DNA from: Pseudomonadota bacterium | GTDB taxonomy: Bacteria; Pseudomonadota; Gammaproteobacteria; Francisellales; CACEW01 | Length of the DNA: 62,767 nt | Reading direction: 5' to 3' | Assembly: GCA_021848625.1 (NCBI GenBank) | Contig: JAJZUD010000002.1 | Coordinates: 1 to 62,767 of the forward strand | The notes under the pieces: model-generated | Databases searched by the model: none | What the model was told of the DNA's origin: nothing | The model's input: only the letters and a program-made list of their open reading frames with translations | Made by a program: the position numbers and the translations under genes | Part shown: positions 1-8,111 of the stretch, one piece after another | How positions within the stretch are numbered: position 1 is the first letter of the stretch | Layout of the letters: every line of letters starts with the position of its first letter

Positions 1-97
1 GCTCTATGAAATCTATGGATAAGTGCAGATATTAAAATTTAGTCATGTGTGACATTTTAACTTTGGTAAAAGTGTGACATTTCTACTTTGGGTTGAC

Positions 98-682
98 ATG
101 GATAAAATGATTTGTGCGGGGAAGAACTATCTCGATCATGCGAAGGAAATGCAAGAAGGCACACCTGAGCGGCCGGTTTTATTTTTAAAGCCTCCAAGTG
201 TATTAAAAGTATGCGAAAAATGGGAGCAATCAATTGAAATGAAGCTTCCCAACAGGATAGATGAATTTCACTACGAATGTGAATTGGTTTTTCAAATCCA
301 AAAGCAAAAACTTGCGGCGGTGACTGTGGGTTTAGATATGACCAATCGCAGTTTACAAAAACAAGCAAAATTAAGCGGAGGTCCTTGGACTTTAGGTAAA
401 GTTTTCAGAGACGCTGCGTGTATTGGGCCTTGGAGACCGCTTTCTGATTTGGATCAGAGATTTGAATTTTGGTTAAATGGGCATCTGAAGCAGCAGGCAC
501 ACGCAAGCGAGATGCGCATGGGCCCCGAAGCCTTACGTGCGTATGCAGCAGAATATTTTCCGATTTGCGATGGTGATCTCTTGTTTACGGGGACTCCAGC
601 TGGAGTAGGGCCAGTGCAGGCTGGGGACCAGGCACTCTTATGTCTTGGTCCGCATCGTTATCGCGTGGCTTTTGCAAAATAA
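98..682 (+). CDS. fumarylacetoacetate hydrolase (FAH) family protein, YcgM-like
   Basis: ORF 74-682. MICAGKNYLDHAKE N-terminus and LLFTGTPAGVGPV near the C-terminus are typical of small FAH-fold enzymes. Start ambiguous (74/98/107). Confidence 0.8.
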   Translation: MDKMICAGKNYLDHAKEMQEGTPERPVLFLKPPSVLKVCEKWEQSIEMKLPNRIDEFHYECELVFQIQKQKLAAVTVGLDMTNRSLQKQAKLSGGPWTLGKVFRDAACIGPWRPLSDLDQRFEFWLNGHLKQQAHASEMRMGPEALRAYAAEYFPICDGDLLFTGTPAGVGPVQAGDQALLCLGPHRYRVAFAK

Positions 683-1578
683 TAATAGAGTGTCGGGTAT
701 TCGTAGTCAAACCCAGCTTCGGTCAGGCGCAATGGTACGACTTGCTGGCTGCCAAGGATTAAATTTTCCCCCATTTCCCCAAGCAGAAACTTGACTAAAA
801 AGGGCGGGCAACGTAGCCACAGTGGACGCTGCAGATATTTGGCATAAGCTCTGGAGAAGGCGGTTTGTGTCACGGGCTCTTTTGCAACCAAGTTAACAGG
901 ACTTTCAATTTCGGGGTGATCCAGTAAAAATAAAATGGCTTTGACCAAGTCAGTGCGGCTGATCCAGCTGATAAATTGCTTTCCTGTGCCAAAAATACTG
1001 CCTAAACCGTATTTAAACAAGGGAAAAACTTGTTCCAACAAGCCCCCATTGGGGTCAAGTACTACGCCAAAACGCATGACCATGAGCGGGATACCATGGG
1101 GTTCTGCTTCGGCTGCAGCCGTTTCAATTTGCCTTGCCGTACAACTTAAAAAATCCTGTTCCTGCGGCAGAGGGCTATTTTCATCAAAGACACGATCACC
1201 GCGTGTCCCATAGATGCCCACTCCATTTGACTGCAATAAGCGAGGGCTCTGTCCTGTCGATTCTTTTTGACGGATACAAAAAGCGATTAAGCGTTTCAAG
1301 GCGGCCAAGCGGCTATTGAGGATTTTTTCTTTTTTGCTTTTGCTCCACCACCCGCCTAGTAAATTTTCACCCGCTAGATTAATCACTGCATCGATCGGTT
1401 CAGTTTGCGTTTCTAAATCGATCCAAGTCCAAAAGGGGAGAGGCTCCTTAAAAACAAACTGCATTTTTGCCTTGGAGCGTCCTAAAACAATGACTTCATC
1501 ACCTCGGGCTTTGCAGGCGCGCACGAGTGCTTTACCGATAAAGCCCGTTGCCCCTGCAATTAAAATTTTCACTGCCAC
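658..1578 (-). CDS. TIGR01777/YfcH-like SDR epimerase-family protein (NAD-binding Rossmann fold plus DUF1731-type C-terminus)
   Basis: N-terminal ILIAGATGFIGKAL glycine-rich NAD motif. C-terminal GTGKQFISWI ... VNLVAKEPVTQ ... GSQQVVPLRLTEAGFDYEYP resembles YfcH. Confidence 0.8.
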   Translation of the reverse strand: MAVKILIAGATGFIGKALVRACKARGDEVIVLGRSKAKMQFVFKEPLPFWTWIDLETQTEPIDAVINLAGENLLGGWWSKSKKEKILNSRLAALKRLIAFCIRQKESTGQSPRLLQSNGVGIYGTRGDRVFDENSPLPQEQDFLSCTARQIETAAAEAEPHGIPLMVMRFGVVLDPNGGLLEQVFPLFKYGLGSIFGTGKQFISWISRTDLVKAILFLLDHPEIESPVNLVAKEPVTQTAFSRAYAKYLQRPLWLRCPPFLVKFLLGEMGENLILGSQQVVPLRLTEAGFDYEYPTLYYYFAKATR

Positions 1579-1653
1579 TCCCTTTTCGAATCAATAGGAA
1601 AGATTGATATTTCTCCATTTAAGCGAAAATAAGCCCTAAACTCAAGCAGTGTA

Positions 1654-2280
1654 TTAGCAAAATTCCAAGGCAGAACCTTGCCAACGAGCTTGAGCCATCA
1701 TCCAGCTGGATGCAGTTTGATCAGGACTAGGGTCATTTTCCTCGGAAAAGTCCTCAGTTAGTTCAGCCATATCAATATCAGGACTCGATGCGCTTGACAC
1801 TTCAGCGCTCCAAGAAAAATCGCGAATAAATCCGCCAGTAGGGTCATAAAAGACAAGTGAGGAGGGAGACGATTCAGGTGCAGAGGCTGCTGCAAATTTG
1901 TCTGATAACTCTTTAATAAAAGGTAAAAATCTATCATTTAATGTAGTTGCTGTAGGGTCAAATGGGTGCCTAGGAAGAATGCTCCACACCGCGCTAATCA
2001 TTGTTTCTAGTTGGCTCTTAGGTTCTGCTGGAGTAGGAAGAGGGATTGGATAAGATAGGCTGCGACGCCCTCCCGGAGCAGGGGGGCAAATTAGGCAAAA
2101 AAACACGGATTTTGGATTGCCTGCTGCGTCATTTTGGGGAAATGTAATTTTTATGCGAAAACTTTCCTTATCTATATCCGAATAGACGGCCGTCAATTTC
2201 TTAGCAAAAGCCTCTTGAAGCTCCAATAACATAGGGCAGTTATCAGTATTGTAATCGATAGAACGCAGGGCTTGCATCAT
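1654..2280 (-). CDS. hypothetical protein, Pro/Ser-rich with strongly acidic C-terminal third
   Basis: 208-aa ORF with no recognisable domain. The only long ORF in this interval. Confidence 0.5.
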   Translation of the reverse strand: MMQALRSIDYNTDNCPMLLELQEAFAKKLTAVYSDIDKESFRIKITFPQNDAAGNPKSVFFCLICPPAPGGRRSLSYPIPLPTPAEPKSQLETMISAVWSILPRHPFDPTATTLNDRFLPFIKELSDKFAAASAPESSPSSLVFYDPTGGFIRDFSWSAEVSSASSPDIDMAELTEDFSEENDPSPDQTASSWMMAQARWQGSALEFC

Positions 2281-2363
2281 TTATCCTTATTTTTATCAAT
2301 GGATGCAAATTGTATATAAAAAACAATTAAATGTCAATAAAAAATTTAATAAAAATATATTTT

Positions 2364-2849
2364 TTAGCATACTTGTCCCAGTTGATCGCAGCGCGGACTA
2401 ATGCCAGGGGCTAGGATTTTCCTGATTTTCCCGTAAATAAATAAGACCTGTTGCGCATAATTGTAATTGAGTGCGGGAGTGTGAGAGTGATAGTTGCCTA
2501 CAGCTTTGAGTAAATTCGGCTCCTTGGCTAAATTTTGGCTTAAAATCCAAGTGCCAATCATCACATTTTCGCAAGCATCGTACTGAAGATCATAAGCGCT
2601 GGCGCCTTTCTCTTTCGCCTCAGGGAGCCAGGTGGTATTAATTTGCATGACTCCGTAGTCAAAGGTTCCATTATTATTGCTCATGGCAATGCCGTTGCGG
2701 CCACCCTCTACAAAAATGATTGACATAATCAGTTCCGCAGGGACGGCGTAGGTCGCAGCGGCCTGGTTGATACAAGCAATGGAAACATCATGAAAAGCAA
2801 CGGAATCAATCATGAGTTGCATCCAAATGGAGATGAGACATTCTCGCAT
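2364..2849 (-). CDS. lytic transglycosylase (SLT domain, VirB1/IagB-like)
   Basis: IIFVEGGRNG (catalytic Glu context) and FDYGVMQINTTW are hallmark goose-lysozyme-like SLT motifs. Confidence 0.8.
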   Translation of the reverse strand: MRECLISIWMQLMIDSVAFHDVSIACINQAAATYAVPAELIMSIIFVEGGRNGIAMSNNNGTFDYGVMQINTTWLPEAKEKGASAYDLQYDACENVMIGTWILSQNLAKEPNLLKAVGNYHSHTPALNYNYAQQVLFIYGKIRKILAPGISPRCDQLGQVC

Positions 2850-2865
2850 TTAGGCAAAAATCTCG

Positions 2866-2981
2866 CAAGTTTTTAGTCCCTGTCAGTTGGTGAACTTGGA
2901 TTGCCTGCTCAGACAGTCCTCGCTGCGCTGCGGAACTCGCGATCAATCCAAGTTCACCAACTGACAGGGACTAAAAACTTG
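2866..2981. repeat. 116-bp palindromic element: perfect 38-bp inverted repeat (2866-2903 / 2944-2981) around a 40-nt loop
   Basis: Read directly: CAAGTTTTTAGTCCCTGTCAGTTGGTGAACTTGGATTG ... CAATCCAAGTTCACCAACTGACAGGGACTAAAAACTTG. Lies in the divergent intergenic region between the SLT gene and the ALAS gene. Confidence 0.9.
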
Positions 2982-3044
2982 ATCTTTGTGGGCTTATCGA
3001 GGATAATGCGCGCCATAAAGAAATAAATTTTTGCTGCGGCTTGT

Positions 3045-4220
3045 ATGGATTATACGGCTTATTTTAAACAGGCCTTGGATCAAATCAAATCCGAAAATCG
3101 CTATCGCGTTTTTCGTGCCTTAGAGCGGAATGCCTGTTTTCCTGAGAGTCGCTGTGCGGATCAAGAAATTATTTCGTGGTGTGGGGTGGATTACCTAGGT
3201 CTGACGCAAAATACTTATTTGAAACAAGCTTTTTGCGAAAATGTGCAACGTTATGGCATTGGCTCAGGTGGAACACGTAATATTGGTGGAACGCACTTAA
3301 AGCATGTCGAATTAGAGGCCCGTTTGGCTGCATTGCATGCGCAAGAGGCAGCGCTTTTGTTTACCTCAGGCTATGTGGCCAATCAAACCACTTTGGCTAC
3401 GCTCGGCAAAGTCCTTCCCAATTTGGTGTACTTGTCTGATGCTGAAAATCACATGTCGATTATTGAGGGTATTCGTGAAAGTCAGGCTCAAAAAATCATT
3501 TTTGCGCATAATGATCTCGCTGATTTAGAAAAAAAATTAGCAAGTCTACCCGCAGAGCAGCCCAAAATCATTGTTTTTGAGACTGTTTATTCCATGAGTG
3601 GGCATTTTGCCCCTGTATCCAAAATCATTGATCTGGCAAAACAATATTCCGCCTTGACCTATGCAGATGAAGTCCATGCTTTGGGGGTATACGGCCCACA
3701 GGGTGGGGGGCGTATTGAAGAGTTGGGCCTAGCCGGAGCAGTCGACATTGTCCAAGGGACCTTGGGTAAAGGCTTTGGCTTGTTAGGGGGCTATATTAGC
3801 GCGGCACAATCTATCATCGAAGCTATCCGTTTAATGGGTCATGGGTTTATTTTTACAGTCTCATTACCTCCGGCGATTTGCGCTACGGCCGTGCAGGTTT
3901 TGGATTACTTGCGTACAGAAAGGCAAGAGCAGCGACACTTGGCGCAACTCGTTACCTACCTCAAAATGAAAATGCAGGAGATGGGCTTGCCGCTTTTGGA
4001 CTCGGATAGCCAAATTTTGCCCATTTGGGTGGGCGAGGCAACCCGTTGTCAAACTATTACTGAACGCTTATTTGTTGAGGAAGGGATTTACGTTCAAGCA
4101 GTGAATTATCCAACCGTACGCAAAGGTCAGGAGCGTTTACGCATTTCGCCCACAGCCGCGCATACTTTTGCACAAGCAGATCAACTTGTGCAGGCACTAA
4201 AAAAAATATTTGCTATTTGA
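3045..4220 (+). CDS. hemA: 5-aminolevulinate synthase (ALAS, alpha-oxoamine synthase family, PLP-dependent)
   Basis: Collinear with Rhodobacter-type ALAS by recall: MDYxxxFxxALDxIKxExRYRVF..ER, GSGGTRNIGGT, NHMSIIEGIR, ETVYSMSG, DEVHALGVYGPQGGG, GTLGKGFG (PLP lysine), FIFTVSLPP, NYPTVRKGQERLRISPT. Confidence 0.85.
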   Translation: MDYTAYFKQALDQIKSENRYRVFRALERNACFPESRCADQEIISWCGVDYLGLTQNTYLKQAFCENVQRYGIGSGGTRNIGGTHLKHVELEARLAALHAQEAALLFTSGYVANQTTLATLGKVLPNLVYLSDAENHMSIIEGIRESQAQKIIFAHNDLADLEKKLASLPAEQPKIIVFETVYSMSGHFAPVSKIIDLAKQYSALTYADEVHALGVYGPQGGGRIEELGLAGAVDIVQGTLGKGFGLLGGYISAAQSIIEAIRLMGHGFIFTVSLPPAICATAVQVLDYLRTERQEQRHLAQLVTYLKMKMQEMGLPLLDSDSQILPIWVGEATRCQTITERLFVEEGIYVQAVNYPTVRKGQERLRISPTAAHTFAQADQLVQALKKIFAI

Positions 4221-4354
4221 GCCACTCCCAAAATTCGGCAGTTGAGTAGAATTATTTGAGTATAAAAATAAAACTAGACTTCACTATACGATGTAGATAC
4301 TATAAGAATAGGTTTGTAAACTTCAATGCAAAAAAAGCTTGCCAAGGTGGAGTC

Positions 4355-5905
4355 ATGCAAAAAAAAATATTTTCAGCTCTCAGCTTAATTTTTCCAATTC
4401 TTGCCTATGGAATTACTGCGGGTAATGGCGTCATTGTCGATAGCTCAGCAACCGATTATTACAATCATATTACCAATAACTCTTACCCTTCACTCTACCG
4501 CGATATTCAAACTCATGCAGCCAATATTCAATATGTTTTTCCTGATTTTGGCTATATTACTTTTCAAGAATCCAGTGATCTTGCCAACGGAGCAGCCATT
4601 AATAGCGCAACCACCATCACGATTGGCACTAATGCGAGTTGTAGTCCAAAATTAGCTCCAATCACCGGCAATAACACCATTGAATTTGTCTATACACTAT
4701 GCAATTACCCACAAATTCAAAGGCCCTACCAGCTTCCACATGACGAAGGCTATGTGTATCCTCCTTTTACAGAGCCAGATCTCGGCGCAACCCTCTCTCT
4801 TGCCCAAACACTAAGCTATTATTCATCCATGCAAACCCTAACACAAAAAACCATGAGTGTTGCCCCGTTTTTCACTTATGACCCTAACTGGATTGTACTC
4901 TGTCAAACGCTCTATCAAAAGAATCCAACTACTTTGACTAATGCATTAAATAGTTTGGCACAAAATATTGCCAGCACGATTAGCACGTCAGGAGCGGGTG
5001 GAGTGGGCTTTGATAATGAGCCTGGTCTTGATAAAATTGATAATCCAAATAATGACCCAGATATTCACCCTGTTCTGCAATACAACTTCTTCAAAACCAT
5101 TGCCTCTAGTCTTGGACCCAATCAAACTTTATTTGTATTTGATGCCAACACCACCCTGCAATCTCTTTACCAGGCCAATGTGAGTAATGTTGTTGTACTC
5201 TACGCCTTGTATGATTTTGAAAGCGCAACAGAAGATGGCTCCCCTTATGGGCCCTATACCCTCAGTGCGTACGGTCAGAATTCACCGGAAAGTGGCGATA
5301 ATGTTTACCACATCGCCCTGAATGCTTTAAATTTAGCGACGCCTTTTATGTATGTTCTCCCCGGTAGCGCAACCCAAACTTTATGGGATAGTGTTCAGGT
5401 TTACAATACGGCAACACCATCGAGTGGTTTAATCAATTCAAGCAGTGTAAGCTCTGGCGCTTGCAATACGCAAACCGATCCAACAGGTGAGGAAACAAAT
5501 GTGTTAAGTGATTTTCTTTGCGTAACCAATAACACCAGTCCTCCATCAAACACCTGCCCTGGCAGCCCAAGCCTCAGCACCATCCAAAGCTATTTGGCAA
5601 CTACAAACTGTACCGCATATACTAACACTGTCAATGGCATCGCCGTGCCACAAAGCAATATGGAGGCTTATTTCAAAGCAGCCTTAGCAGCAATTAGCGC
5701 TGCCAAAACAACCAACCCAACTGCTTTTAATAGCTATTATAAAGGCAGTGTGCTCTACACGTGGCGCATTCCTACCTATGCTGATTTTTCCTGCGCAAAT
5801 CACTATTACTCCCAATTCAGTACCAAGTTATCACAGTGTATTCAAATTTTGCCCAGTATGATCACCGATACAGTTTGGACAGATTTTGCCAACTGGACAC
5901 CCTAA
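4355..5905 (+). CDS. secreted hypothetical protein (signal peptide; Thr/Asn/Ser-rich, Cys-containing C-terminal half)
   Basis: ATG at 4355 follows an AAGGTGGAG RBS. MQKKIFSALSLIFPILAYG is signal-peptide-like. No confident domain; GGVGFDNEPGLD weakly recalls TIM-barrel glycosidase motifs. Confidence 0.65.
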   Translation: MQKKIFSALSLIFPILAYGITAGNGVIVDSSATDYYNHITNNSYPSLYRDIQTHAANIQYVFPDFGYITFQESSDLANGAAINSATTITIGTNASCSPKLAPITGNNTIEFVYTLCNYPQIQRPYQLPHDEGYVYPPFTEPDLGATLSLAQTLSYYSSMQTLTQKTMSVAPFFTYDPNWIVLCQTLYQKNPTTLTNALNSLAQNIASTISTSGAGGVGFDNEPGLDKIDNPNNDPDIHPVLQYNFFKTIASSLGPNQTLFVFDANTTLQSLYQANVSNVVVLYALYDFESATEDGSPYGPYTLSAYGQNSPESGDNVYHIALNALNLATPFMYVLPGSATQTLWDSVQVYNTATPSSGLINSSSVSSGACNTQTDPTGEETNVLSDFLCVTNNTSPPSNTCPGSPSLSTIQSYLATTNCTAYTNTVNGIAVPQSNMEAYFKAALAAISAAKTTNPTAFNSYYKGSVLYTWRIPTYADFSCANHYYSQFSTKLSQCIQILPSMITDTVWTDFANWTP

Positions 5906-5966
5906 CTAGGCCCAGTGTTACGGAACGTGACGTAATCCCGCAATTTTTGATGAAGGAAGGGCACTA

Positions 5967-6067
5967 ATACCAATCCAATGTTTGAAGCAGACTAATAAGC
6001 CTGAGTTTTGTAGCGCAGCGGAGATGTTTGAAAGGCGGTTAGTTTGGTTTAAACATTGGATTGGTAT
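5967..6067. repeat. 17-bp perfect inverted repeat (5967-5983 / 6051-6067) with a 67-nt spacer
   Basis: ATACCAATCCAATGTTT ... AAACATTGGATTGGTAT. Sits between convergent genes. Internal short direct repeat ATGTTTGAA at 5979 and 6024. Confidence 0.8.
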
Positions 6068-6069
6068 AA

Positions 6070-6912
6070 CTAGCTTGCTGAGGTCAACACTTTTTGCCAA
6101 GAGGCAGTAAAGCCATGAGTATAGCGCAGGTCTACATTGGCCAAAGTTTGGCCTTCTGGGGCGCTTTTCATTAAAACAGGATAGTCTGTCAGAAAGTTAA
6201 TCACCCGATTTTGCAAATCGCTTTTGCCCAAAACAATCCAAGTTTGATCGTTGACTTGCACACTCCAATCACCATTTTCAGCCAAGCCTAAGCCTGTCAC
6301 ATTTAAATTCAAAGTGGCGAAAATAGGGCTAACGCTGTCATACATGGCCAACATTTGTTTAGCATATTGCACCTGTCCGCTCAAAAGCGGTAAGTTTTGT
6401 GCCCCAGCCAGATTATCAATTTTAAAAGTAGAGCCATCTGTCGCCAGTAATTCACCATCAGGAAAACGTGCTGCCGCTGATTTTTCACGTAAAATAATGC
6501 GAATCGTATCAGGGTATATCCGCCAAATGCTCGCATCAGCAACGCCGGGGAGTTGTTCCAGCGCTTTTTCGGTTTGCCATTCCGGAAAAGAAAACAGCCC
6601 TTTGCCCAGCAAGAAAGGATTGACTGTTTTTTGAATGGCCTCTTCGTTGACATACTGATAGGTGCCGATGACTTTGACTTGTTGAATAGGCAAGCTATTG
6701 GTATACGCAAAATAGGCAAAGAAGCAGCCATAAATAATCAACAAAAGGCTAAGCAGCGTCCCCAAAACAATCAGGAAGCGCAGCCAGCTAAAATGAACGC
6801 GGCGCTTTTTAGGGGGCGGAGGAGGACTGAGTTCTTCTTGAGACTCGGCCTCAGGAGGGGTAGCCTCCGGGGGGATGGTCTCGGTGACAGGGGGGGGCGT
6901 TTCAGCGTTCAT
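6070..6912 (-). CDS. ftsQ: cell division protein FtsQ-like (POTRA plus FtsQ domain) with Pro-rich N-terminal extension
   Basis: TM segment FLIVLGTLLSLLLIIYGCFFAYF, then POTRA-like IQQVKVIGTYQYVNEEAI ... LPGVADASIWRIYPDTIRIILREK. Start chosen at MNAETPPP (6912), overlapping the yggX stop. Confidence 0.7.
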   Translation of the reverse strand: MNAETPPPVTETIPPEATPPEAESQEELSPPPPPKKRRVHFSWLRFLIVLGTLLSLLLIIYGCFFAYFAYTNSLPIQQVKVIGTYQYVNEEAIQKTVNPFLLGKGLFSFPEWQTEKALEQLPGVADASIWRIYPDTIRIILREKSAAARFPDGELLATDGSTFKIDNLAGAQNLPLLSGQVQYAKQMLAMYDSVSPIFATLNLNVTGLGLAENGDWSVQVNDQTWIVLGKSDLQNRVINFLTDYPVLMKSAPEGQTLANVDLRYTHGFTASWQKVLTSAS

Positions 6913-7177
6913 CTTCAACAAATCCTGCTGGTTTTTCGGCTCCACCGGTAAAGAAAAATTTTTCCATCTCCGTGCGTAAAAAATCACGTGCAGTAGCGTC
7001 CATTAAGTTTAAACGATACTCGTTGATCAAAGTAGTTTGATGGGCCAACCACATTTGCCAGGCTTCACCCGAGATTTCTGCTTGAATCCGCGCACCCAAA
7101 GGGCCAGGATAAGGGGGCTTGGCCAAACCAGGTAGGGGCTTATTTAATTTGGCACAAAAAACAGTGGGGTTGGACAT
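6902..7177 (-). CDS. yggX: Fe(2+)-trafficking protein YggX
   Basis: MSNPTVFCAKLNKPLPGL...YPGPLGARI..EIS.EAW..W..HQTTLINEYRLN matches the YggX family along its length. Start at the internal Met (7177). Confidence 0.85.
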   Translation of the reverse strand: MSNPTVFCAKLNKPLPGLAKPPYPGPLGARIQAEISGEAWQMWLAHQTTLINEYRLNLMDATARDFLRTEMEKFFFTGGAEKPAGFVEDER

Positions 7178-7217
7178 TTCTGACTTCCTCTTTTTTCTCA
7201 AGGCTCATTATACGGGG

Positions 7218-8111
7218 TTAGTCGTCATTTTGCATGCGTTCATAGTGAATGAGGCGTTGGGCTTGAACTTGACCCCTTTGAACCGCCGCAACGAGGGCAC
7301 AGCCGGGATCATTTTTATGACTACAGTTGCGATAGCGACAATGGCCTAAATACGGCCAAAAATCACGAAAACCTTGAATTAAGCGCGGGGTCTCCGACGC
7401 GGGAAGTTTAAACTCCCGGATCCCAGGAATATCAATTAAATCGCCCCCATTGGGCAAATGGTAAAGGGTGCTGACCGAAGTGGTATGTTGGCCTTTTTGA
7501 TTGGCTGTGGAGACCGTATTAGTTTTGGTGCAGGATTGACCCATTAAACTATTGATGAGTGAGGATTTTCCCACACCAGAGGCACCAAGGAGCAAACTCA
7601 CTTGCTGGCGCAAACGCTGTTGCAAGGCGTCCAGATGAGTTTGCGCGAGCGCAGAAATAATCAAGACCTCATAGCCAATTTTTTCATAATAGGCTTGTAA
7701 GTCTGTCATTTCAGGATGGGCGGGCAATAAATCAGCCTTATTGATCAAGATGCAGGCTTTGAGTTGCGCTAATTCAGTCGCCACCAGATATTGGTCGATA
7801 TAATATTCATGAGGCGGGGGAGAAGGCGCAGTCATGATCAATACTTGAGTCAAGTTGGCTGCCATTTCTTTGAGAGGATGATAGCGATCACTTCGAGCCA
7901 TGAGGCTTTGACGGGGTAAGCGTTTTTCGATAACACCCTGCCCTGTTTGCGGATCGATTTTAAACTCAACCCAATCACCAATCACTAAAGAGTCAATATT
8001 TTTGCGTGCAAAACAAGTGTAAAGCTGACCCTCTGCTTCTACTTCAAGCGTTTGGCCATATTCGCGGATAATTTGTCCTGACAAAATTTCTTCCCTACGT
8101 CGATTAAACAA
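7218..8111 (-). CDS. rsgA: ribosome small-subunit-dependent GTPase A
   Basis: Circularly permuted GTPase motifs (NKADL, GASGVGKSSLINSL) and a C-terminal zinc knuckle CRYRNCSHKNDPGCA. Confidence 0.9.
   Translation of the reverse strand: MFNRRREEILSGQIIREYGQTLEVEAEGQLYTCFARKNIDSLVIGDWVEFKIDPQTGQGVIEKRLPRQSLMARSDRYHPLKEMAANLTQVLIMTAPSPPPHEYYIDQYLVATELAQLKACILINKADLLPAHPEMTDLQAYYEKIGYEVLIISALAQTHLDALQQRLRQQVSLLLGASGVGKSSLINSLMGQSCTKTNTVSTANQKGQHTTSVSTLYHLPNGGDLIDIPGIREFKLPASETPRLIQGFRDFWPYLGHCRYRNCSHKNDPGCALVAAVQRGQVQAQRLIHYERMQNDD

Noticed and set aside
2866-2981. The palindromic element as an integron attC site or an intrinsic terminator
   Set aside because: The ends do not fit the RYYYAAC / GTTRRRY attC core sites. 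It lies upstream of both flanking genes and lacks a T-tract, so it is not a terminator.
5918-6100. 60-aa minus-strand ORF in the convergent intergenic region
   Set aside because: It has no RBS, overlaps the ftsQ 3' end and coincides with the inverted-repeat element.
6251-6951. Plus-strand ORFs of 127 and 132 aa, and a minus-strand out-of-frame 116-aa ORF, inside ftsQ
   Set aside because: They lie entirely within a well-supported FtsQ-like CDS. Their translations are low-complexity or Arg-rich with no motifs, so they are shadow ORFs.
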